A DNA stretch of 64,000 nucleotides, from the NCBI GenBank assembly GCA_028534125.1, contig CM052817.1, positions 91,700,001-91,764,000 of the forward strand, given 5' to 3'. The stretch comes from Lama glama (taxonomy: Eukaryota). Shown one piece after another: positions 39,179 through 53,000 of this stretch. The position numbers and the translations under genes were made by a program. How positions within the stretch are numbered: position 1 is the first letter of the stretch; each line of letters begins with the position of its first letter. The notes under the pieces are model-generated. The model ran no database searches. It was not told where the DNA came from and saw only the letters and a list, made by a program, of their open reading frames with translations.

Positions 39179-40316
39179 ACTTAGAACACATCAATGAATT
39201 CAGTAAAGTTGCAGGATACAAAATTAATGTACAGAAATCAGTTGCATTTCTATACACTAACAATGAAATAGCAGAAAAAGAAATTAAGGAAACAATCCCA
39301 TTTATGATCACACCAAAAAGAATAAAATACTTAGGAATAAATCTACCTAGGGAGCAGAAGACCTGTACTCTGAAAACTATCAGATACGGATGAAGATGGA
39401 AGGATATCCCACACACTTGGATTGGAAGAATTAATATGGTTTAAATGGCCATACTACCCAAAGCAATCTACAGATTTAATGCAATCCATATCAAATTACC
39501 AATGGCATTATTTACAGAACTGGAAGAAGAAATTTTAAAATTTGTATAGAGACACAAAAGACCCGGAATAGCCAAAACAATCTTTAGAAAGAACAGAGCT
39601 GGAAGGATCATGCTCCTTGATTTCAGCCTATATTACAAAGCTACAGTAGTGAAAACAGTATGGTAATGGCACAAAAAGAGACACATAGATCAATGGAACA
39701 GGATAGAAAGCCCAGAAATAAACCCACATACTTATGGTCAATTAATCTACAATAAAGGTAGTAAGAATATACAAACAATGGAGAAAAGACAGTCTCTTCA
39801 ATTAGTGGTGTTGGAGAAACTGGGCAGCTACATGTAAGAGAATGAAATTAGAGCATTCTCTAACACCATAGACAAAAGTAAACTCAAAGTGGATTAAAGA
39901 CCTAAAAAGAAGACCTAATATTCTAAAACTCCTAGAGGAAAATATAGGTAGAATTCTCCTTAACATAAATCACAGCAATATTTTTTTGGATCTGTCTCCT
40001 AGAGTAATGGAAATCAAAATAAAAATAAGTAAGTGGGACCTGATTAAACTTGAAAGCTTTTGCACAGCAAAGGACACCATAAACAGAACGACAACCTATG
40101 GAGTGGGAGAAAATATTTGCAAACAATGAGACTAACAAGGGATTAATTTCAAGATATACAAATAGCTTACAATTAGCTTATGTATCTTAGTATTAAAAAA
40201 AAAACCCAAACAACCCAATCAAAAAATGAATAGAAGACCTAAATAGACACTTCTCCGAAAAAGACATACAGATGGCCAATAGGCACATGAAAAAATGCTC
40301 AATACTGCTAATTATT

Positions 40317-43300
40317 GGGGGTGCCAAGATGGCAGAGTAGAAGAATGCTCTTAGCTCACTCTCCCATGAATACCCCACGAGAGACATCCATGGATCCACC
40401 CATTCATTCAGAACTCCTGCTGAATTTTGACAGAACATTGCCTTTCTCAAAAGACAAAATTCCTCACAAAATCTGGTAGGAGGGAGAAAAAAAAATAGGA
40501 AATTAGTGTTGGACCTGTCTTGCAGGATGGGAGTGGCAAAGGAGGAATAGCATTCTTATGCTGGGATGTCCCATCTCCAACAGAAAGGTCAGTGAGGATG
40601 GAAAGGGAACGTCGACTCAGGAGTGCACAGCAATCTCTTGGCCAACAGAACTTAGAGAAACCAACAAAAAGGGTCCCTGTGATTCCCAGCCCTAGATGTG
40701 AGCTGGCAGGAGTGGGCTGGGACTGGCTGCCTCAGCTAGGTGGAGGGCTGGGGCCAACTGCACAGAGGCAGTTTCAGGGGACTCCAGGGGGCTGGAGTGT
40801 ATTGTGGGCTGTGGCTGGGAGTGCATATAGAAAGGAATATTCTGGGTCCCCCATAAAAAAGAAAAAGCAACACTGCTGCATTGTGGGTATGGGCGCAATG
40901 CAGCTGGGCCATAGCCATTATCTCCACAGGCCTGCAGCACCATCACTGGTGTGTTCTTGGGAGAAGAGAGGCAGGGGTCAGCCTTAGCCACCATATTCAC
41001 TGATGCGTGGCTCCAAGGCAGAGGTGGGGTTGAAATCTGAATCCATACCAAAGGACTCCTCAACTTCACAGGCAGGACTGAGATTTGTTTACAGTCCCAG
41101 GCATAGGGGACCTATTTGCTCCATGGGTGCCTTTGTGGACCCAGGGCTCTAAGACAAATGAGCAAGGAGCTGAGTTCTGGCACACAGTGGGGGCGAGTGC
41201 AGGTGCAGAGTTTTCAGCGGGCCTGTCTACCATTCGCAGATGCAGCACTGCAGACAGCGCTGACCCAATAGTGCACTACAATTCAGGGTATGTGACCCAG
41301 ATGTCAGCAGATCTGCACTGGTAGCTCTGAGGACAGAGAACCTGGGGGACACCTGAGCAGAGTACTGACATTCTTGTGGCTAAAGCGGGGACAAAGGCAG
41401 CATCAGCAAAGAGTATTTGAAGTGCTCCAACCCCATTTACCACGCACTGCAGCTCAGAAACAGGTCTAGAAGCCTCCATTCCAACAAAAGGGGAACAGAC
41501 CCAGCCCCTGTCAGTGCTTTAACCACCACAGAACATAAAGGAGATCCCACTCAACAACCAGGGCAGGCTCTGGTCACAAGACCGCCACACCCCCAATCAA
41601 AGGGATAACAGCCAACACAGAGAAGAAAGACGTGGCAACCACCCATACTAAAAACAAACCTAGCAACAAAATTATTAGAGGCACACAGTGTAGACAGGAA
41701 TGCATCCTCTTTTAAAAAATATATAAAACAAAAAATAGCCCTTCAAGACCACAGTAGATAACTGATACTCCATAATCCATAGCGTCAGAGAGATACAAGT
41801 AAAATGAAGAAGCAGAGGAACTACTCCAAATTAAAAGAACAAGAGAAGCCCTCAGAATGAACAATCAATGAAATGGACCGACAGTCTACCAGTTCATGAC
41901 TTCAAAAAGGAGATGATAAAAGCACTGAAGGAAATGAGAGACTGTGAATATGCAGAATACTATAAAAAGAAAATATAAATCATAAAAAGGAGCCAATTAT
42001 AAACAGAAAACTCAATGGCTGAGATAAAAGCCAAGCTAAAGGCAGTCAAAAGCAGACTAGATAATGCAGAGGGGTGAATAAGTGACATAGAAGACAGGAT
42101 AACAGAAATCATCCAATCAGAACAAACCAAAAAGCCAAATGAAAACTAATGAAAGCAATATAAGGGACCTATGGGATGATATAAAGCATCCCAATCTATG
42201 CATAATAGGGGTCCCAGAAGGACAAGAAAGAGAAAAGGGGATTGAAAAGGTACCTGAAGGAATCATGACTGAAAACTTCCTAGACCTAAAGAAGGAATCA
42301 TATATCCAAGTACAGGAAGCACAGAGGGTCCCAAACAAGAAGAACCCAAATAGACCTACACCAAGACATACTATAATTAAAATGGCCAAGGTTAAAGATA
42401 AAGCAATGATCCTCAAGGCAGCATGAGGGGAAAAATAGTTAGTTACAAGGGAACTCCCATAAAGCTCTCAGCTGATTTCTCTACACAAACACTGCTGGCC
42501 AGAAGGGAGTGGCAAGATATATTCAAAGTCCTGAATGAGAAAAGCTGCAACCTAGGATACTCTATCCAGCAAGGCTATCCATTAGAATAGAAGGAGAGAT
42601 AAAGAACTTCCCAGACAAGCAAAAACTACAAGAGTTTAGCAACACTAAACCCATGCTAAAAGAAATACTGACAGGTCTACTCTAAATAGAAAAGCAGGAT
42701 GCTACGAAAATGAGAAACTCATAACTGGAAAGGAGATAACTGCCATGAATTACAAAAAGAATAAACACAAAATTGTAAAAGAAGACATCTAAATCATTAA
42801 GAGTGGGAGAGGGAAGCAAGGAAAGCCACTGTGGAAAACAGTATGGAGAGTCCTTAAAAGACTAGGAATAGACTTACCATATGACCCAGGAATCCTGCTC
42901 CTGGGCATATATCCAGAAGGAACCCTACTTCAAAACGACACCTGCACCCCAATGTTCATAGCAGCACTATTTACAACAGCCAAGACATGGAAACAGCCTA
43001 AATGTCCATCAACAGATGACTGAATAAAGAAGAGGTGGTATAGTTATATGATGGAATACTATTCAGCCACAAAAACGGACAACATAATGCCATTTGCAGC
43101 AACATGGATGTTCCTGGAGAATGTCATTCTAAGTGAAGTAAGCCAGAAAGAGAAAGAAAAATACCATATGAGGTCGCTTATATGAGGAATCTAAAAACAA
43201 AACAGAAATACAAAACAGAAACAGACTCATAGACATAGAATACAAACTTGTGGTTGCCAAGGGAGTGAGGGGTGGGAAGGGACAGACTGGGATTTTAAAA

Positions 43301-46300
43301 TTCAGAATAGATAAACAAGATTATACTGTATAGCACAGGGAAATATATACAAGATCTTGTGATAGTGAAAAAAAATGTGACAATGAATATATATATATTC
43401 ATGTATAACTGGAAAATTGTGCTCTACATTAGAATTTGACACAACATTGTAAAATGACTTTTAGTCAATAAAAAATGTAAAAAAAACCCCACAACCTCAC
43501 AAAATCTATAGGATGCAGCAAAGGAAGTCTAAGAGGGAAGTTCCTAGTGGTACAGGCCTTCTTCAAAAAACAAGAATGGTTCAAGTAAACAACCTAACCC
43601 ATCACCTAAAAGAAGTAGAAAAAGAGGAGCAAACAAAACCTAAAGTCAATAGAAGAAAGGAAACAATAAAGATCAGGGAGGAAATAAACAGAGATTTTAA
43701 AAAATAGAAAAAAATTCAAACCAAGAGCTGCTTTTTTTTTGAAAGAATAAACAAAATTGACAAACCTCTGACCAGGCTCACCAAAGAGAGCGAGAACATA
43801 AATAAAATAAGAAAGGAAAATGGAGAAATTACAACCAATACCATAGAAATACAAAAAACCGTAAGAGATACTACGAACAACTATATGGAAACAAATTGGA
43901 CAACCTAGAAGAAATGGAAAAGTTTCTGGAAACATACACAACCAAGATTGAATCAAGAAAAAATAGACTACTTGAACAGACTAATCACTAGAAATGAAAT
44001 AGAATCAGCGATAAAAAACCTACCTACAAACAAAATTCTAGGACCAGATGGCTTCACTGGGGAATTCTACCAAACATACAAAGAACTCATACCAATCCTT
44101 CTCAAACTCTTCCAAAAGATTGAAAAGGACAGAGTATTCTCAAACTCATTCTGGAAAGCCACCATCACCCTGATACCAAAACTAAAGACACTATCAAAAA
44201 AGAAAATTACAGGCCAATATCACTAATGAAAATGGATGCAAAAATCCTCAACAAAATATTAGCAAACAGAATCCAACAACACATAAAAAAGATTATACAC
44301 CATGATCAAGTTGATTTCATCCCAGGGACACAAGGATAGTTCAACATATGCAAATCAGTAAATGTGATACACTACATTAACAAAAGAAAGGACAAAAATC
44401 ACATGATCACCTCAATAGATGCAGAAAAAGCATTTGATAAAATTCAACACCCATTTATGATAAAAACTCTAACCAAAGTGGGTATAGAGGGATCATATCT
44501 CAACATAAATAAAGGCTATTCATGACAAACCTACACCCAGCATAGTACCCAATGGTGAAAACTAAAAGCCTTCCCACTAAAGTCTGGAACAAGACAAGGA
44601 TGCCCACTGTCACTTCTACTCAACATAGACTTGGAAGGCCTAGCCACAGCAATCAGGCATGAGAGAGAGATAAAAGGGATCCAAATTGGAAGAGAAGAGA
44701 TGAAATTATCACTATGTGCAGATGACATGATACTATATATAGAAAACCATAAAAGCTCCATGCAAAACTACTAGAGCTGATAAAAGAATTAGGCAAGGTA
44801 GCAGGGTACAAGATTAACATACAGAAATCAGTTGCATTTCTTCACACTAACAATGAATCAACAAGAAAAGAAAGTAAAGAAATTATCTCTTTTAAAATTG
44901 CACCCAAAACAATAAAATACTTAGGAATAAATCTGACCAAGGAGGTGAAAGTCTTATATGTGGAGAACTACAAAGCATTGATTAAGGAAATTAAAGAAGA
45001 CTTAAAGAAATGAAAAAATAGCCCATGCTTTTGGATTGGAAGAATCAATATTGTTGAAATGGCCATACTGCCCAAGGCAATCTACAGATTTAATGCGATC
45101 CCTATCAAATTACCCAGGACAATTTTTACAAAATTAGAATAATCCTAAAATTTATATGGAATCATAGAAGACCCAGAATTGCCAAAGCAATACTGAAGAA
45201 AAAGAACAAAGCTGGAGGAATAACCACCTCAAACTTCAGACAATACTACAGAGCTACAGTAATTAAAAGAGCATGGGTATTGGCATAAAAACAGACATAT
45301 GGATCAATGGAACAGAATAGGGAGCCCAAAAATAAACCCACAGACCTAGTCAACTAATCTTCGACAAAGGGGGCAAGAATATACAATGGAGAAAAAAATC
45401 TCTTCAACAAGTGATGTTGGGAAAACTGGACAGCAGCATGTAAATCAATGAAGTTACAACACTCTCTCACTCTATACACAAAAATAAATTCAAAATGATT
45501 CAAAGACTTAAATATAAGACAAGACACAATAAATCTCCTAGAAGAGAACATAGGCAAAAATTCTCTGACATAAATCTTAGCAATGTTCTCCTAGCACAGT
45601 CTATCCAGGCAATGAAAATAAAAGCAAAAATTGAAAATGGGACCTAATTAAACTTATAAGCTTCTGCAAAGCAAAGTAAATAAAATAAGTAAAATAAAAA
45701 GACAACCTATGGAATGACAGAAAATATTTTCAAGTGATGTGACTTACAGAGGCTTAATTTCCAGAATATATAAACAAGTCATACAACAACAACAACAAAA
45801 ATAACCCAATCCAAAAATGGGCAGAAGACCTAAAACAAGTAATTCTCCAATGAAGACCTACAAATGGCCTATATGCACATGCAAAAATGCTCAGTATCAT
45901 TAATTATCAGAGAAATGCAAATCAAAACTACAATGAGGTATCACCTCGCACCAGTTAGAATGGCCACCATTCGAAAGTCCACGAATGATAAATGCTGGAA
46001 AGGATGTGGAGAAAAGGGAACCCTCCTGCACTGCTGGTGGGAATGCAGTTTGGTGCAGCCAGTAGGGAAAACAGTATGGAGGTTCCTTAAAAAACTAAAA
46101 ACATAGTTACCATATGATCCAGCAATCCTACTCCTGGGCATATATCAAGAGAAAACTCTAATTCAAAAAGTCACATGCACCCCAATGTTGATAGCAGCAC
46201 TATATACAATAGCCAAGACATGGAAGCAACCTGAATGTCCATAGACAGATGACTGGGTAAAGATGTGGTTATGCATACACAATGGAATATTACTCTGCCA

Positions 46301-46710
46301 TAAAAAGAATGAAATAATGCCATCTGCAGCAACATGGATGGACCTAGAGATTATCATGTTAAGTGAAGTCAGACAGGGAAAGATAAATCATATGAATATC
46401 ATTTATATGTGGAATAAAAAATACAAATGAACTTATTTGCAAACTGAAAACAAACTTCCATAGAAAACAAATTATGGTTGCCAAAGGGGAAAGGGATTGG
46501 GAGGAGGGGTAAATTAGGAGTTTGGGATTAACATATACACACTACCATACATAAAATAAACAACAAGGACCTACTGTATAGCCCAGGGAAATCCTGTAAT
46601 AACCTTTAATGGAAAAGGACCTAAAAAAGAAATATATATGTAAATGTTTAACTGAATCACTTTGCTGTACACCTGAAACACATTTTAAATCAACAATACT
46701 TAAAAAAAAA
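40317..46710 (+). mobile_element. Element C: near full-length L1 (5'UTR, ORF1 ~41804-42685, ORF2 lacking EN domain, 3'UTR)
   Basis: Starts gggggtgccaagatggcagag; ORF1 and ORF2 peptide remnants ([31 protein letters not shown]); poly-A at 46702-46713. Confidence 0.9.
42824..43486 (+). mobile_element. Element D: young 5'-truncated L1 3' end inside element C
   Basis: Reverse complement of 12640-13310; ends aataaaaaatgtaaaaaaaa. Confidence 0.88.
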
Positions 46711-48680
46711 AAAGATGGGCCCACCAGCATATCAAAACCTTGTATCTTTAAAAATGTCTGAATTACAGAATTTGTTTCCTTTGTTCTAATTCTATTGTCA
46801 CCAAGGCAACCCCTTGATGATTTAATTCCTATAAATCTGGCTGAAGGGAGCAAACATGCTGGTCATAGACATGTGAGTTTCTGATTTGTGACAGTTACAA
46901 ATTTTTTTTTGTGTATTAGTCAATTGCCCTATTTTATTTTTAGAAATCAGATTCCCTGCCTCAAAAGGAATTTTTGATGTTATGGACAAAAGGATGGGGA
47001 AGAACTTTTCTGTTAAGAGTCTTAAGAGGCATAAAAACCAAATAGCAAAGTGGGATCCTTGATCAAATCCTGGTTAGAGAAAAACAGCTCTGGAAGATAT
47101 TTGGGAGATAACTAGGACAATTTGAATAAGAAGAATTAGATATTAGGGAATTGTGTTAGATGAGATAGTGATGTGACTAGGGAAGAAAATGCCCTAATTT
47201 TTTGGAGTCGCATGCTGAGAGAATGAGAGGTGAAGTGGCTGGGTGTATATTAAATGCTTGCTTTGCAATAGCTCCACAAAATACATACACAAAACATATA
47301 TGGCAAAGCGTTAACAACTATCAAATCAAGTCGGTAAGTGTATATTTGTTCATTGTACTAGTGTTTCCAATTTTCTGATTGTTTGAAATGTTTGTAATAA
47401 AAAAGTTAAAATAATCTGAAGCAAACTTAGGACCTAAAGTCACATTCTTGGTAGCTCTGAAGACTTTTTGTGTTCAGCTTGTATGCCTGGCCTGGGACGT
47501 GGGGGGCGGGTGGATGGAGCCGCAGCATTAGCGCTGGCCCAGCAGCTGTTCTGGATGTGGCAGGGACACTTGGGCACCAAGTGTGTGAATGCCGCCTTAA
47601 TTACCTCTACCTATTGTTTGAAATGAGACAGGTGTCTGTGGTAGCTTGTCCAGAGGACACGGGCATGGAAATCAAATGTCCCTAAGAACTTAAAGAAAGT
47701 AGCCTAGAGGAGAAAACTAAAGAGGAAAAAAATGGAAAGAAAACAGAAAGATGAAGGACTGGTTATGCAAACAAGTAGCCCCGCTCTCTTCCAAGGTGTT
47801 TTTCCTCCCCTGCTTTTCTTTGTAGGGTTGGAGGTAGATGGGGTGTGGCCACGAAAGTCATCAGTAAGGAACAACATCAATTCATTTGTTTAACCTTTTT
47901 TCTCCAGACACAGTCCTCCTTCAAAAGAATGGTCAACGGCAGAGAGAGCTCCTTTAATGCTTTTGAGTATTCCTTAACTTTCAGCAGTAAAATACCTCCT
48001 CCTCATGGAGGCAGATGCCTAGTGACTTCCTAGAAAGATGATTGTTCTCTTCCTCTTTCTTCCCCCATTACACACTTGCCGTGCTGGGATTTTATAAAGG
48101 TCAGCAGGATTACAAATAAGGAGTTATTTTAAAGGAGAAAGGTATTCCATTCATCTAGTGCAGTCAATAAAAATGTGTGTTATAATTAATCAGGATGAGA
48201 AGGAATACTCCACCTCTCTCAGAATTCATGTTCTTATTTTGTTGTCAGCCTTCCCACCCCCACCCTCGAATCGGTTAAGTTTTGATCTGATGTCACTAAG
48301 CCCATTTCGTGGGGACCAGGCTCAGTGTCGCATTGTTTTCTCCATGGTGTTATTTGCCAGCTGGCCTGGAACCACAGCGTACCACGGGGAGGGGCTAGCC
48401 TCTTCCTTAGTCAGGTTCATTCTTTCCCTTGGCTTGTACATATTAAAACTCACCTTTGTTTTGGAACCATTTTTGATGATAAACTTATTCTGTTCTGGAG
48501 GCCGCTTTTTCTGCTTCACCCAGTTTTCAAATGTGTTGTTTTACCATGCCTTTAAAGTTTGACAGAAGGCCTTACATCAGGTCTCCTAGAAGTGGAGGAG
48601 TGGATTCACATGTGTGTCATTTGTTAATGAAGGCTCCCAGGAGGGGAAAACACAGGGAGTTGGGGAAAAAAGGCAGAAAA

Positions 48681-49145
48681 GTTACTGAACGCAAGTTTGT
48701 GTGCCTGACACACAGTGAGGCCAAACAAACTGAAATGTTGGAGTCTGGAGCAGAGAAAAGTTTATTGCAGGGCTGAGCAAGGAGGACGGGTGACTCATGT
48801 CCCCCAAAACCCTGAACCCCTCGAAGGGTTTCAGAAAAGCATTTTTAAAGGCCAGGTAAGGGAGGGGTGGCCCAGGGTCTGTGATCAGCTGTGAATAATT
48901 CTGATTGGTTGATGGTGAGGTAACAGGGTGGATAACATTATCAATCCTCAGGCGCCAGAAGGTCTGGGGGCTACGAGCTCATGATCATCAAGTAGTTAAT
49001 TTCTTCCACTTGGTGGTGGTTTTTAGCATTTGAAAAACTCAGGTCATACGCATGAGATACTATTATCAGAGAAGAGCTACAGCAGAGGTTTGTCTGGGGG
49101 AGGGATCTGTCCTGGGAAGGCCCCATAGCATCCTGCTAGGTTACA
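48681..49145 (-). mobile_element. ERV 3' LTR
   Basis: Direct repeat of 53762-54234; minus-strand TGTAAC start preceded by polypurine tract aaagaaaagtgggga; AATAAA at 48761-48766. Confidence 0.88.
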
Positions 49146-49461
49146 AATCCCCACTTTTCTTTGATACACCTCAATCTTGAGAACAGGTGTTGGACAGGAA
49201 AGGGAATGTTTTGGACAGAGAAGTTCATCATAAACTCCGCAGAGGAACCTGGTTTTTGGAGGACTCAGTTTCAATCTCCAGACTGTTTCATCCTTCCCAC
49301 ATCTTTCAGGGAATGGGGCGACGACCACTCTACCTACTTCCTAATGAAACAGGGCACAGTCTTGCTTCAGTTTGGGGAATGGACACCGAATTGGAAATAT
49401 TCCCGAGTTTCAAGTCCTGGATCTGAGTCTTAAGATCTCAGTCCTTTAAATACATCCTTTT

Positions 49462-50061
49462 TGTGCCAACACAAAGAAGAATAAATAAAATGGCTGCACT
49501 CAGGCTAACAGATTGCTCATTCTTATGCTTGCCCTTAAAACGGTCAACTAACCTGACTGACTGGTTGCTACTCACAGCTCCGGGCCCATTGTTAAAATAA
49601 AGCTATTAATTTTCCTGTTTCTACTTTATTCCAGTAATCGAAAGTAATCATGCTTGATCTCTTGAGTTGTTCTCCAGGGAGAAGGTCATGGGGCTGTAAC
49701 CTTACAAAACAGCCTGAATTACCAAGAAGACCACGCCTTGGGCACGTACAAGATAAAGGGATCTGAAGAGTGACAACCACTAGCCTCTACAGAATTGGTC
49801 ACCTGGAGACAACATGATGTCACTGAGTCTTATGAGAAGAAAATAATTGTTGATTGTTATTGATGCTTTATTGTTTGAGCCATGGCTATATAACCACCCC
49901 ACCCCACCCCCAAGGTGGGCTCACAGTTGTGAAGGCACTAGCCTGCGGTGAGTCCCCTTTGCCTGGCAAAGCAATAAAGCTGCCTCTTTTCTTCTAAGCT
50001 CTAAGACCCTGTCTCTGAGTTACTTGGCTCATCAGCGATGGGGGCTGATCTTTCAGCAACA
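49462..50061 (+). mobile_element. Probable solo LTR nested in opposite orientation within the ERV (5' boundary uncertain)
   Basis: TATA-like ggctatataa ~49883, gcaataaagc ~49971, terminus ctttcagcaaca. Confidence 0.55.
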
Positions 50062-53000
50062 AACAGACCCAACTTAGAAGTAGATGGACGAGTGACAACA
50101 GGAACTTTCATAGACAAAACGCATCTCATTCTCTGAGGAATTCAGGAGAGTAAGCCTGAAAATCAGTCTGGACCTGGCACTTCTGGGGAGACTCGTAGCC
50201 AGCTGTCTATTTTCTCTGAGTAGGTTTTAACTTCTGATGTGGTGTTAGCATATACATAATAGGAGCCACTGACCATCACGTATGTCTTCTTTTTTCTGCG
50301 AACATCGGATCTAAAACAATTTTATTGTCTAAAAATTTAATAGTTACAAGAGAAGAACTTGAGGTCATAAGGTTGCAGCTGCCATCTGCCAGCAGACACT
50401 GCTTTGAGAATGGCTGGTGGCATCCTGAGTGTGACACAGCTCAGAAAATGTGAGTTCTCAACAACACAGGAATGGGCCTGAAATTGTGTGCACAGTGGCC
50501 ACCTAGTTTTATCTTGAATGTCTGAACCATAGTGACCCCATTTTGACTTTCAAATGCATTCCCCTCCTCAAAGACAAAGCAGATGTACAATCCATGTCCA
50601 GAGGGCCATAAAACAGGCCGCTTTGGTCAGTAAAGTTTAAGTTAAACCACTCATAGCCAGATTGACTTCCCCATACCTCAATTCGTGCATGTTTTTCCAT
50701 CATTTCCCCTTTTGATTGTAAATCTCTCAGTAGAAAGCACTGATGGTCAAAATATCTGTCCCGCGATGCTGGGCTGGTAGCTCCTGCCCCAGGTTCAGAT
50801 CATGTCCCTCGGGGCCAGGCCTCCTCTTTATTTGCCTACGTATCCACGTTGGAGGAAAACTAATCAGATGTTCAGAATAGGCTCAGATATGTTAATGGGG
50901 AAACACTTTATAGGCCATACATTTTATCACTTATGCCCAATTGTCACACAAGCTTTATACATGTCCTTTTAGCCATAGACTTAAAGAAAGTATTGTCATT
51001 CATCATGGTTAGTTCTACACTGTGACAACCCCATTAGAGAATTCTTTCTATCCTAAACATTGGGGGCAACAGTGTGAAATCAGAGTTTTCTTTAGACCTT
51101 TTAAATATCTTACCCAGTTCAGCAATATGATTTAAAAGAAAGCTGTTCTTCAAAAAGTTCTTTTTATGAATCTTCTTGAAGATGAAGCAGTTTTGCAAAG
51201 CATCAGCTTTAACTGGCTATGAATGACAAAGGACTTAAGAAGGCAGGGTTAAAGGTCTGCTTACGATGTTTTTGACAAAGAATCTTCAGTTGCTGTGACA
51301 TTCAACATTTCAAGATAATTAGAATTATGACTGATAGCATTATACCGGGACATATCTAAATTTCAGAGACTTTAATTTCTAGAATGTCTATATTAATAAC
51401 ATTTATCCATATGGTATAATCTGAGAAGGCTTATCACTCATTTGACAATGCTTCCCATATAATTTAACATACCAACCAATCCTAGTTAAACATTTTTCTC
51501 TGAGATGCCTCAGGGGCCCTCTGAAGCATCCCAAAGTTAGCTGAAGTCAGAAGAACTTTAATTACAATTTGACAGGAAGTTTGTCAAAAATACCAAAAAG
51601 TTTCACACAATCTGTTATCAGAAACACTCTGAGTAAACTTGTTAGCCTAATAGAGGAACCAAATCTAGTCCTGCACCAGCTTACTTTTAATGACAAAATC
51701 CAATTACCCAATTAAAAGTTTAATCTCAGCCCAACCATGCACAAAACTCTGTTTTCAAGGCTCCCTTTCTACAAACTTTCCACAACTTTCTGTATCCACA
51801 TTAGTTTGTCCTTCCCACCCCCCCCACCGTCTAGAAGCAACCAGCTCCAGAACCAAATCACTTGTTTTTCCCTTAACAAAGTGCAATTCCACTCCTCATA
51901 CCTTTTACTCAAAACATATCCTACTTTCCTAATGTATACTGAAGTGTTTCCTTTACTATATTTGTAGTAGCTTTAATGACATTTACATTAGAATTCTCAA
52001 CTCTAAAAACCTTAATTTCTAGTGAAACCCAAGAAGCAAGCAATTATGAACTTCCTTCACAGTGGCACCAAACATATTTAATAACAGTCCTAAACACCTT
52101 TTGTCTCTCAGTGTTTAATAAATAATGTTTTAGTATCTTACTTTGTTTGGGAGTGATCTATTCAATAAACCTAATTTAGTACAACTCTAAAATTTCAACT
52201 TATCAAATATCTGGAGAGATCATTTTTAAGTAGACATTACTAAAACATAATTATTTCTGAAGCGTTCACCCAAAAGCTCTTATCCCATTTGCATTTAATT
52301 TACTTATAAGAATTTCACCATACCAAGTTTATTTTTTTCTTTCTGCTGACAAACTCTGTAACAGAAATAAACTTATGGACCTTGAGTAAATTCAGCTGCA
52401 AAGAACGATGTGTCTGTATTGATTATACCAACAAGTTTAAGCTAGCTTTAATAGCAGGTATTAATTCAATATTAAATATTTCTTAGATTACGTGAACCTG
52501 AAATTTGTCTAGCTTCTTTTATACTTAGAAGTATTTAATTTGTAAGTGCTTACTTTTAAGTCAAATAGTTATTTTACAGATTAATTTTCACATAAAGACA
52601 GAACCAGAGATCTCAGAGTTTTTCCCCTTTTGGACTCAGGTATTGAGACGCTCACACATTTCCCCCCAGATAAAAGCCAGATTGCTAAAGGCCCACTTTG
52701 ATATACTAACAGAGCCATTAGGGTGCACTGTTCTCCAAATCTCAGTGGGTACTGAGCCCACACAGTGTTACAATTAAAAATATTTTCTTTCACTTATGGG
52801 AGCATAGCTGAAGATCTCCCAGTTTTGCAAAACATACCCGAGGGGCACTGTAATTATTCATGGCCGAGATTATCAGATATCAAGCACACAACAATTCAAA
52901 CCACTCTCTTAGATTGTCAGTTCTCTAGCCCCAAAGGGGAAATTCCCAACCAATACACCATCAATTCAAAAGGGGGAGAACCCCAACCAGCACCCCATCA

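Larger units (their letters stand above)
29622..46710 (+). mobile_element. Nested L1 cluster; outer element A (5'-truncated in ORF1) in pieces 29622-30234, 35060-37461, 39179-40316
   Basis: TSD aaagatgggccca at 29609-29621 and 46711-46723; ORF1 peptide RVPYRINPKRSTPRHVITKM; ORF2 start ATG 35355 (MAIRT..ITLNVNGLNAP); all frames broken. Confidence 0.9.

Noticed and set aside
29622..46710. Active, retrotransposition-competent L1
   Set aside because: All ORF1/ORF2 copies carry stops, frameshifts or deletions
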